Under the pieces are notes generated by a model. That model was given only the letters and a program-made list of their open reading frames with translations, did no database searches and was not told the DNA's origin. A stretch of 63,986 nucleotides of DNA, counting the filler, from Streblomastix strix (lineage: Eukaryota): assembly GCA_008636045.1 (NCBI GenBank). It is 3 parts of 3 records of this genome, joined end to end, with 100 filler letters (N's around TTAATTAATTAA, not from the genome) between each part and the next. Parts side by side here need not be neighbours in the genome. Positions count along the whole stretch, not along the records: positions 43,178 to 63,986 come from SNRW01000413.1; 2 more parts are not named here. One strand, given 5' to 3'. The stretch's first letter is position 1. The number at the start of each line of letters is the position of its first letter. Shown here piece by piece: positions 53,224 through 63,986 of the stretch. Made by a program: the position numbers and the translations under genes.

Positions 53224-54780
53224 ATGTACATCATAATGAGATAAAATAGACCGTATTGAAGCTGAAACCTGCCATAAAGTTTTACAATTATTATTACTAT
53301 TCATTAATTGGAAGAGTTAATGGACAAAAACAATTTCATTGATCAGTTGTACCAATCCATTTCAAATTGCCTTATTTATCTAATTATCTTGATTCATTAA
53401 TATAGTATCTTTATTGTTTTTTGATTATTGTTATAAGATCTTACCATCACATAAATTCATTACAGTTTATATGAATGCACTAATTTTATATCATTTCTCT
53501 CAATATTCATGTGTTGAAGTCTATTCGTCGAATTACATTTATTGATCAATAAAATAATTTAAATTCTTTGATTTTAACGATCATTTATGCAGACAACTTG
53601 GTTGGTATCAATTATCTCGCTAATTTGAAGTAAATCCTATTTCTTAATTATTACACATAAAAATGAACGTAGTATTGATTCATAATAGAAATTATTTGAA
53701 ACAATAAAATTATATTAGAAATTTTCTTTTTATAGTTCATATTATAGTTATTTTAGAAAATTAGTACTCTTGAATGTGTGCGGAATGAAATTTTTGGATT
53801 AAAGCAAATTTAATAATTATCAACTATTTATTATTCTTTGTATTCATTTTGCTTAATATTAGACATATTAAGGATTATATACTGAATGGAAGACATTATT
53901 TGAAGCGATTAATATTAACATGAATAGTAATATTACCAATAAGAATATGAATATGAATAATTAACAAAAGTTGAACGTTCGTATATAAATATTAGTAGTT
54001 AATGAAAAAGGATGGTGCCCTCACATTGATAAACGAAGTGATTTGCCCACATCAGAAATAACCAGTGATATTACGAATTGCTGACATATGAAAAACGAAT
54101 AGATTATCCAGAACCGAAAATCAAACAATAAATTTGATATTAATAAAGAAATACGGATAAAATAATAAACAATAACATTTATGAATATCATTAGTAATGA
54201 AAAATAATTGGTATGATTTATGATACGCGTTAATAAAAAAAATAATTGAACCCATTTTTGAAACCCACAAATGAATAGGATTTAGGCAATGTTTCGGGCA
54301 TTGGTCTTTTTCATTTACTACTTATAGCCCAAATCAATGATTCTACCGATGCGTGCTAACTTATACTGATTAAAGGAATCTGTCCGATTAAGTTTTCATT
54401 AACGAAATTGAAATAATGGCATCGACTAACTGGTCGATGACTGAAACATGTTATTTGATGAAATTGATGGTGATGAACAGTTTCAGAATCACGAATAAAC
54501 AACATTTTTGGATTCCTCATATGAAATATGACCTTAATGAAGAATATGAATGAGATATGAAATTTTAAGTTTTTAATGGTAATTTTGACCTATCATAAAT
54601 TAATTTTATTTTTATTATATATAGACTGAAAAATCATGGAAAAATTGAAGTTTTTAGAATGACTTGAGAATCAATAACTAAGTCAATGTTGATACGCTGA
54701 TCACAAATATAATGTTAAAAATGAATGGATGGACTATTGATTCCGTCGAATTAAGCAGAACAATGTGATTGATTAATGGA

Positions 54781-54997
54781 GTGGATAAATGAGATGAATT
54801 GTCCATGTGCAACGAGTGCATCGAGTGCATTGGGTCATAAGCTGACAGGTTGGATTCCCGCCATATCAGACATATTACCATAAAGTTAGCGATGTGGATA
54901 AATGATATGAAATGTCCATGTGCATCGAGTGCATCGAGTGCATTGGGTCATAAGCTGACAGGTTGGATTCCCGCCATATCGGACATATTACCTTAAA
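54781..54997 (+). repeat. Tandem duplication (113-bp period) of the cis-motif with GTGCATCGA iterons
   Basis: GTGGATAAATGA...GTGCATCGAGTGCATTGGGTCATAAGCTGACAGGTTGGATTCCCGCCATATC at 54781 and 54894. Confidence 0.9.
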
Positions 54998-55029
54998 TTT
55001 GAAATAATTAATGTTTCATGCATATAAAT

Positions 55030-57065
55030 ATTAATTAAAAATGATGTTTCTGTACTACTTGCTGAAGGTGGTGATATGTTAGTGAATTCTTTAGTAACAC
55101 AACAATAATTATAAATAATTTTAGATATAGCAACTGGTAAATCGAAATCATATGCCTTCTCAACATAAGAAGAGTTGAATGACTGGATGGCTGTTCAAGA
55201 TAATATAGCAAAACTAGTAATTGGAGAAAATTTATATATTGTTGATAAAGATGTTATTGATTATTGATGGGATAGAACTGACTTAAAAGTATAAGAAACT
55301 GAACTATTTGATTTGTGTAATGTTATAACAACACTTGGAGCTGCTATTGGTAGAGGTTATGCAACAATTAATATATTAATTGATGGAAACCCATTAACAC
55401 CCGCGCGAAATACTAAGTTTGTAACCACAGGAAACGATAAATCTATTATTGGAATGAAGACTTTTACAATTACTATTTTTTCAAATGGTATTGAATATTC
55501 AGGACACAATAACAATTTTGTATTTCTTGCCGATGTTGGAATTAAGGAAATATCTGATTTAAGTTCCAATATTAATTTGAGTAATTATTACAATAAAACT
55601 TAGATATATTCTTAAACCGAAACAGACAACTTGCTAAACAATAGGGCTAATACTGGAGTTTTGAACACTAAATCTGAAGATGATACTTTGTTGCTACTGA
55701 AAGCAGATAAGACCGTATTGATTGATTCCTATACAAAAACTGAAACAAATAATCTATTAAATAATAAGACTGACAACGGAGTTTCTTATACAAAAAGTGA
55801 ACGTGATGCATTCCTATTATTGAAATCAGATAAAATATAATTGACTGGTTTATATTCTAAAACTTAATCAAAAAACTTATTAAATATTAAACGAAATATA
55901 GGAGTTTCTTATACTTAATCTGAAGATGATGCACACCTACTATTGAAAACTGATAAGATATAATTGATTGATACATATACAAAAATTGAAACATATAATT
56001 TATTAAATAATTAAGCAAATAAAACAATAAAATACACCAAAACAGAAACTTTTCAATTATTATCATAAATTGATAGAGGTGATGTCGATTTAACCAACTA
56101 TTACACAAATACAAAAACTGATGAATTATTAATTGAGAAATTGGATATGGATGATCTGGATAGTTATTTTACTTTAGGTACTTCTTTGACAATAATAGCA
56201 AATAAGGCATTCATTAATAGTTGTAGATTCATAAATTCAATTGACTGAATGTCTACAGTAACAGATTCATCATTTGTCTAATCAGATGCAGATGATACCG
56301 TTGTATTTTTTGGGGCTGTTGTTACAAAACCAATATCTGAGTTTATAAGTGTTCCAACTGATTTTTCAAATTATTATACAAAAATATAAACTTATTCAAA
56401 AAACTGAAACAGATAACAAATACGTAAAATTGGAATGTTAAATTTAACAAACAATTACTGGATGATTAAAATATGTAAGTACATTTAGTGAGAAATATGA
56501 TGAAACAAAATATTCAGTTTCAAATACTTATTTGTTTTAATCAGAAGTTGATTATAAGCTAATGAATTATATGAATACAGTTAATAATCAATTAATAAAT
56601 GGAATTAAGTCACTTAATGCAAATATTAATGCAACTGGCTATGTTAAAACAGATAATAATGAGACATCAATATTATGGGCTGGTGGAGGTGATGCTTTAT
56701 TATCTTCATTAGGAGGATTATAAGAGGAAGAGGTAATAAATTTAAAAGCAAATTAGCATTCAAACATTTAGCATAATTATATAAATCTTGCTCGAATAAG
56801 AAATTTTTATATTTTAATGATGGATTTTCAACCAAAAACTTAAATCAATATTTCAACCTCTACTTTTATTTACACTTTTGGAAGTATTAGTAATAGTATA
56901 ATTCTTCAATTAACACCAAGCACTATAGATCCTATTTCATTTGCAACAAAACAAAAGACATTAGCAGGTGTATTATCATTTGAAAATATTCGAATACCTT
57001 CTGACCCAACAGAAGCATATGATATCAATGGTGTAGTTGGCGTATAATTTAGTTGGAAGCTTTGA
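55030..57065 (+). pseudogene. Tail-fibre-like protein with YTKxExDxLLxxK repeats, 5'-truncated and frameshifted
   Basis: SVLLAEGGD, LYIVDKDVIDY*WD, KSIIGMKTF, and repeated units such as YTKTETNNLLNNK and YTKSERDAFLLLKSDK (55570-56130). Confidence 0.75.
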
Positions 57066-57123
57066 TCATAAGTCCATTTATATTTTTTTCATTGGAAATA
57101 TTCAATGAAGTTGTTTATTTTTA

Positions 57124-57780
57124 GACTATAAAACGAGTAGTGTATAAATTGACGAAGCATTATTGAATGCAGTTAGCCGATTAAAATTACCAGATTTTTA
57201 TGCTTAAATTCATTATCGCGAAATTAAACCTTTTGTTGATGGAGTAGCAAATAAAATAATTGTTGGACCAAAATATATACAAGATTAAGTGAAAGATAAT
57301 GGTGATAAATTAAATGTGTCACCAGCACTACAATCTAATATATCTATTAAAATATCATAAGTTTAAATATTTAAAATTTCTAAGAAATAAGTAACAGTTA
57401 ATGTACAGATGTTTAATTCTGCTGACGAATACTTCTACTTCTATAAGTTGAGAAACAAAGTAGTTCATAACATTGGATTATATTTAAATAATGATTTCAT
57501 GGGGTATATTTTCAATAATTTCTTAGAAATCCATGTCCATTTAGTAGCTGTGCATTAGTGTTTGAAGATGATGTTGGCCATATACAAAATGTAATTGGAT
57601 ATATTGATTCAAAAGGGCTTTTATATATGCGTATCAATTGGAAGTGTTGATTTAATTACATCAATTAAAGCAAATATTTATATTGCAATTGCAGGTGTTT
57701 ATTATGCAGATTATGAACTTTTTAAAAGAGCAACTAATGATGTAAATGGTGATGCAAAGATTAATATTGTTGATGATTGA
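57124..57780 (+). pseudogene. Hypothetical beta-rich virion-like protein, start unclear
   Basis: Long frame DYKTSSVQIDEALLN...KINIVDD* directly downstream of the fibre. Confidence 0.5.
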
Positions 57781-57850
57781 TACATTATTTCAATAAAAGA
57801 ATGAATGAAATTAATGTTATGAGTATATGATGTTGTAAAAATAAACAGAA

Positions 57851-58795
57851 ATGATTAGCGATGGAGTTCAACCATATAATCCGAGTATTTCAGTTTCATT
57901 ATCTAACAACATTAATATCAACACCAAATTAGTGAATAATAATACATTTAATCCATTAAGAGCTGCATATTTCATTTATGAAAGGTTAATATCTACATTA
58001 AATTTTCAAGCAGAAGTTAGTAGTTAACATTTAAGTAATTTATTCTAAATATTTAAATCAATAGATTCTGATTTATAGTCTAGATTACAAAAATTTTTCG
58101 TAATAAGGACTTCATTTATTTCTTTCGCTGTTATGATATAGATTAATGGAAAAGATACACCAGATGTAGTTGTGAATTAGATATTTGGATATTATCCTAT
58201 GGATATATGTGATTTTTGTGAAAGTTATTTTGTTGATTCACAGCCAAAAGAATCAATTAAGAAAGGAACAGCATCAAATGAATAATCAATTTCTCATATA
58301 GATAGTGTTATTATGTAACATGATACTCTTTCTTCAGTTCAAATTCTACCATCTGTTTTTCCGTAATACACTGTAACAGAAGTGTCTAGAGAGTAATTAC
58401 TTGCATTTGCTTATACACCATATGACTTAGAATCATTTAAAATTTATATAATTTATGAAACTGTTAATAAATTAGTTATATTTAAAATGTATTTGAGATA
58501 GAAAGGGTTTATAGAAACTATATAGTATGTACTTAGTATGAATGAATCAATACATCCAAAAAGAAAATTATTATTTCCAGTTATGATGTTATATGATTTC
58601 AACACTGATCCAATTTAAGATATTCCATCCGCTTATCTCACGGGTGCATATACAGATAATCCTGATCGCTTGCTTATTCATGTATCATCAGAATTAAAAG
58701 CTGATAAGTTTGTTAATTATTATATATTTGTGGAAGTTATTTTGTTTGATGAAAATATGAATCAACATCTAAAGATGTTTATTTTTCGTAAATGA
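57851..58795 (+). CDS. Hypothetical beta-rich protein, ~314 aa
   Basis: Open frame MISDGVQPYNPS...KMFIFRK* with TAR=Gln. Confidence 0.6.
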
Positions 58796-59029
58796 AACAG
58801 CAGGAATCTATCATAAGATCAAATAGATATCACAAAAAAATTGGTGAAGGAGCAAATTGAGCAAACCAACAAATATATAAAAATATTAATCCATTTATTA
58901 ATGCATTAGCACCACCTATAATAAGTAAAGACTTATAAGCTGCGTTAAGTGGTTTAGATGCAATATATGCAATTAAAGCTTAAGACAGAATAATGAACTT
59001 GGCTAATCTTAGAAATGATGTAAGGAATT

Positions 59030-59608
59030 TCAACAAATATTCCATTATCACATGTTACTGATTTATGCTTGCTATTTCCTAAAGATGCTTGAGCAACAAC
59101 CTGTTTTGAAAATTCATGCTATCATAATATGTAAGTAACAACTTTTGGAAGAAATTTCCCTGATATGCTAATGAATGCACTGGATTAATAATTCTTCTAA
59201 ATGTAATTGAATGAAAGTAAGTTTGATTTTTTATTCGAAGCAACTTATGAATTCGAAGATGCTTTGACAACATCAAGAAACACTGCATCATGGAGATTGA
59301 ATCCTCACACCGATCTGACTTCATTCATGATTACACTTTAATGTGAACGTAATAGTAATGGTGCACTAACATTTGATGGATTAGATACTCAGAGTTAAAA
59401 TGTGTCAGTGGAATTAAGAGGAGTACCAATTTATCAAGGTGATATAGATTGTTATTATAATGTTGATCTAATTGGTATAAGACCACATCCTCCAATCTTG
59501 TGTACAATACATGATATATTTTGGTTGTTTGGACATGCAAATGGAAGTTCATGTGTTTATGATGTTAATAACAAATTTGATGAAGTGGTAAGTTAGATTG
59601 AAGGATGA
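59030..59608 (+). pseudogene. Major capsid protein C-terminal fragment
   Basis: NIPLSHVTDLCLLFPK...FMITLQCERNSNGALTFDGLDT...VSVELRG...PPILCTIHDIFWLF, resembling the GLDT-type C-terminal motif of PLV capsids. N-terminal part is missing. Confidence 0.7.
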
Positions 59609-59631
59609 AAAATAGAATTATTTTTTTGAAT

Positions 59632-60010
59632 ATAATATAATCTCATAATTTAACAGAAAACGAATGATATTAACTTAAAACTCAACCGTACAAACAGATG
59701 AAGGGGTTAGTTAATTTCAATTACCTACAGAATTTGTTACATCCATAAAAATAATAGTGAGAAAATATTTGAATAATGTAGAACGAATAAAACTTTAATT
59801 GGATAAGATCTTTATTAATATGAATCATTTGTCAAAGAAGATTAATATAATGATTAGTATGTAAGTGGATGTGATGAATAGTGCACCGATAAACACTTTC
59901 GTCAATTGAATCATGATAGAAGTGTATAATTTTGGTTTAGGAATATTGATGTTGAATTAGTTGATTATAATAATATATCACTTATAATTGAAATCTATCT
60001 AGTATTTTGA
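59632..60010 (+). pseudogene. Small single-jelly-roll minor capsid (penton)-like protein
   Basis: FQLPTEF...SFVKEDQYNDQYV...QFWFRNIDVELVDYNNISLIIEIYLVF*, resembling the penton C-terminal pattern. Lies directly after the MCP. Frameshifted. Confidence 0.5.
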
Positions 60011-60039
60011 TTAAATATTACGATTTTGTTTCAAATAAA

Positions 60040-60435
60040 ATGAGTCGAGTAATATTTGACAGCAAATAGAGGACAGTTAATAAATTCAATAATGAACATT
60101 AGTTCGCTGATATCAATACAAATAACCTTCCATAATTGAAGATACTAGAGAAGTATTCACCTGAGTTAGTAAAATTTGATACTGCTGATGGGTTCAAATA
60201 GTATCTTGTATTAAATAATGAATCTATGAATAAAATGACTACATAAAAATTAAATAAGACATTTAAAGTCAAAAGGTTTTGCATTATCAAACTATAAGGA
60301 GTGATTTCTTTGAGATAATGTCTTGATAAAAATAATAATATAATTGAAAATGATTAATTGGTTAAATTAAATTGTGTATTAATTGATAAAGAAATTATTT
60401 CAATTGATGATTTAGATGAAGAAACATTAGTCTAA
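60040..60435 (+). CDS. Hypothetical protein (3' end uncertain)
   Basis: MSRVIFDSKQRTVNKFNNEHQFADINT..., open frame converging on the ATPase. Confidence 0.45.
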
Positions 60436-61209
60436 TATCTTTATTTTTGTGCCATCATTGCTGTATTATACTATTAATGCTTATCTTTTTGTTAATTGTA
60501 TTTAATATTACCATACTTTATCTTTATCAAATGGTATAGAAAATTAATAATTAAATAAGTTAAATTTCTATCTATTGAATTTATTGAAAAAGTATAATGT
60601 ATCTACATTTGCTTTTATACTTGCATCAAGTCCAATTATGTCCTATAAGCATAGAAAATAAGTGATTCTTGGCTATCTGTTCTTGAATAGCTTTTTGAAT
60701 AATGGTAATTACTTATTTTTGAATATTGACATAGCATAATCAAATAGAACTAAAGTATGAGGATATTTCATTTTGAATTTCTATGCTCCGATAGTAGAAA
60801 GAATATCCTGTTTTGAATCTGATGTAAGTTAATTTATTACATACTTCTCAATTATTGTATCATATGCTCCTTTAGCATCAATTTAATTATTAAGAACTCC
60901 ATATATTTTACCTTAGATTACAATTTTTGTCGGAATGTTGATTAAAGTACTCATTTTTTTATATGTTTAATCATTATTGCTGTCAGTAACATATATAAAT
61001 TATGTATAGTAGATCTTAACATAACTCAATTTGATTAATTTTTTGAATATATTATATGACTTCCCATTTCTTCTCTATCCTATAAGTAAGTTAATAGAAT
61101 TATACGTAAAAGTAATTTCCCTGTGAACTGTACTTTATACCTCATGTATATTAGTGATTTAACTCTCTAGTAATTTATTTACAAATTAGGTCAATGAATG
61201 ATTTGTCAT
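60400..61209 (-). pseudogene. Second A32-type packaging ATPase, frameshifted
   Basis: LLIGQRRNGKSY (eroded Walker A), HTLVLFDYA, KNRQPRITYFLCLQD...IKANVD. Confidence 0.8.
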
Positions 61210-61270
61210 TTATTTACAGTTGAAACTAAGGATTGACATGCATTTAGTATCTATTTTTTGCTTAAACAAA

Positions 61271-62453
61271 ATGCAAGAACAAAGTAAATAAGGTTCATCT
61301 TCAGCATCATTTGTACCACAAAGATTAGGATATATTTTCCGTACTAAATAAAGAAAGCCTGAAATAGATTTTTATACTTATAAGAAGTTAGTACGACCAT
61401 ATCAAACATATAACGAATAACTAGCACAAAGAGCAAAAGATATTTAGGCATTGAAAGATGATAATGATTACTAAAGATTTAGTGAATTGGCAGAAGATAA
61501 CCAAAGTAGAATATTAGCCCAATCCAGGCAATAATCATATGATCCACTAATGCATTTAATTGGTAAAAATTAAAATATTCAATTCAAGGAAATATGATCA
61601 AATTTGCTATCATTTGAAGAATCGAAGAAAAATAAAAAGGGCACAAGAGAAAAAATATATACGAAATGGACTGAAGTAGAAGAACATATTAATGGTGATA
61701 AGTTTCCAGAGTTTGTTGTTCGTGATGATAAAGGATTTATTCAATCAGCAGATGGACTTAGAATTATAGTTCCAATTAAGCGCCATAGAGTAACTAAATA
61801 TTTCAGAGAAAATCCATCTAAAGCGGAATGTTAAGAGAAGCAATATAAATAATGGAAAGAAGATAAGTCAGTAAAAGGTTATAAACATTTCATCAAACAC
61901 TATCTATCTCCATTCCTGAAAGAACGTCGCCATACAGTAGCTTAAGTATATTCAGTCAATGGAGGTAAGATTTGGAAAGAAGTTATTGCTCCATGGTTAT
62001 TGTAATATTATGATAAATCATATTAAGAATAATCATTTATTGATGATGATAAAATTACTCAATCAATATATAAGAAATTAAGTAATGCAATAAAATAGTC
62101 ATATAATCAGTATTTCATAGCTAGTTAAAGTTAGTAAAGAGATAATATGATGATGAGATTAATATTGGTAGGATATACAGGGTTTTGGAATGGTAGTTTA
62201 GATAATATTTCTAATACTACAAATGATGAGGGTGAAGTAATATTTACAATTCCTAGTGAGTTAGATTTTAAAAATGCAAAACAGAAAAGAGATTAGAAAA
62301 GAGCCATAGAACAGTAATAATATGAAAAGTATAGGAAAAATAAGAGCAAGATAAGATCTTAAATTTAATGAAGGAAAGACACTAGCAAATGCAAGATTAC
62401 TACCATATGACTTCTAAAATGATTTAGATGATTATGTTGTTGAGGATGAGTGA
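61271..62453 (+). pseudogene. Hypothetical viral protein, ~390 aa, with internal TGAs
   Basis: Long frame from MQEQSKQGSSSASFVPQR that includes track ORF 61604 (INGDKFPEFVVRDDKG). Confidence 0.6.
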
Positions 62454-63335
62454 AAATTATTATTAGTTATTATTACTTATAATTTCATTGAAATGAAACT
62501 AATTAGCTGGAATCTTGTTTACATAAATAAATAAGGCAAGGAAGGATTAATTGGAAATATCCCTTTTGATAATTTTCAAAAAATGTAGATATCAAAAAAA
62601 ACTGTTTACTCTTAAAACATGATTAATTAAATGATTATAAACAAAATATTTAAAATATTTGTGGTGAAGAAGAACTGAAAAATTGTATTTGTAAAATGTA
62701 AACAGTTAGTAAAGAATAATATAAATTACGTAAACAATACATAAAAGATTGGTGTTAATTCGAAAAATAAATGTGGGGTGAATGATTATATTATTTTTTG
62801 TTGTTATATATAGTTAACAATTAGATACATTATTCATATCAAATAGCTATAATAAATAATAATATGCGTTGATGCTCATATTTATTTGGCGTGGGGTTAT
62901 AATTTCAATTATCACGGCTAAATTTGTGATCTATGATGCGGATATTTAAGGTAAATTGTCTTTATCATTTTACTTGTGATTTCGATTAATTTTTGGATTG
63001 ATGATTGTAGTCATTTGGTGTGGACGAATGAGATGAATTTCATTCGAAAAATCTTAACCTCCAAAATTTTTATATATTATCTCTAACGAGGACTAACTGT
63101 ATGATTATTTTAGTGCATATTACTTAGAAAACGCTATCTCAAAAGAGAGGCAATAATTAATATATTCCTCCGATTACCAATAGCCCCACTTTGGTAGTTG
63201 AGGAGTGTATATATTATATCCAACAACTTCACCTTTATTGAGTGATTGCCATCAACTATTTGAAGTAATTCTTCTAGCCATTCCCCAAACAATGTTTACT
63301 ATTGGGTGGCTATTTTAAAAACTACAAAAGAAAGA

Positions 63336-63986
63336 ATGTAGCGCAGGTCCAATTTTGCCAACAAACGTCCATCGAGCAGGGATTCATACTAAACACCGAA
63401 CTAAGCAAACTTTGTACCGTAAAACCCGCTGCAGGTCGCCGCGCAGCCGCAACCGACGTTTGTGAACGCGTTCCGCCAGAACTTGGAGATAGATGCACTG
63501 GACCCTTACTAAACAATAGCAACACCAGAAGAGGTATCGCCGAACGAGAAAACAGCAGCACGGGTGCTCTTGGCTGGACTTTCAGGATAAGAAATGTCAC
63601 AAATCGATTTTTACGCGGAAGAACCGTCAGAAGAGCAAGTGGTAGAAGCTAGACAACGCGCGAGAGCAGCCACAGACTTGGTGACGCGCAGAAAACCGCC
63701 GAAACATAATAACCCACCTGCGCAACCGATGCTAGATTTTGATCAAATTCTCGCATATCTGGAAACGAAATTAATGCAACAGTACAGACCGCTACAGGGA
63801 ACACTGACATAGATCGTAAAACGTGACTGGTTAGCAACTCTGAAATTTAATTTATGTACGTTTATAAGCTTATACGATATGATTTACAAGGTAACATGAC
63901 GCGAGCGCTGATGGACACGACAGAGCAAGGGAACCTTTTGAAGACACAACCGTCACCAGTAATATGTCCAGGATACAATAATTAGA
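63336..63986 (+). pseudogene. GC-richer ORF, possibly gag/ORF1 of a retroelement, cut by the window end
   Basis: ATG 63336 is in frame with track ORF 63594 when TAR=Gln. Abrupt GC rise and P/Q-rich N-terminus. No diagnostic motif. Confidence 0.35.

Larger units (their letters stand above)
52700..62800. mobile_element. Decayed endogenous Polinton-like virus D (structural module)
   Basis: Fibre, MCP C-terminus, penton-like gene and ATPase, plus cis-motifs shared with virus A. Confidence 0.8.

Noticed and set aside
54781..54997. CRISPR-like array
   Set aside because: Only two near-identical tandem units with no unique spacers, no cas genes, and a eukaryotic context.
231..63837. Most ORFs in the supplied track (e.g. 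1944-2213, 3635-4003, 4415-4609, 31366-31569, 59079-59324)
   Set aside because: They are antisense or off-frame shadows of real genes, produced by using the standard code. Only some (e.g. 9922, 21704, 22247, 27111, 28211, 55313, 59402, 61604) are fragments of true frames.

Overview
AT-rich eukaryotic DNA made of three unrelated contigs (1-21505, 21606-43077, 43178-end) joined by artificial N-TTAATTAATTAA-N linkers. The supplied ORF track is mostly misleading because the sequence reads with TAA/TAG = Gln and TGA as the only stop (translation table 6 type). An oxymonad such as Streblomastix is my inference, not proven. Retranslated by hand, most of the window is intact-to-decayed endogenous Polinton/Polinton-like DNA virus. 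It holds protein-primed PolB at 4-5 loci (with an endonuclease-VII-like insertion), a primpol-SF3 helicase, an rve integrase with D-D35-D spacing, an HNH nuclease and two A32-type packaging ATPases. The structural genes are two divergent major-capsid-like genes, a small penton-like gene, three bacteriophage-type tail-fibre genes and a 68-aa peptide resembling the membrane-lytic helix of adenovirus protein VI. Also present are a mariner transposon, a DIRS-like retroelement relic, two short (A/T)GTAGT-terminated foldback elements, a recurring ~110-130 bp cis-motif with 9-bp iterons, and one intron-containing host ARM/HEAT-like gene. Contig 1 is a 10.5-kb-arm palindrome, most likely an amplification or assembly chimera. 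All translations and homologies were judged by eye; no searches were run.
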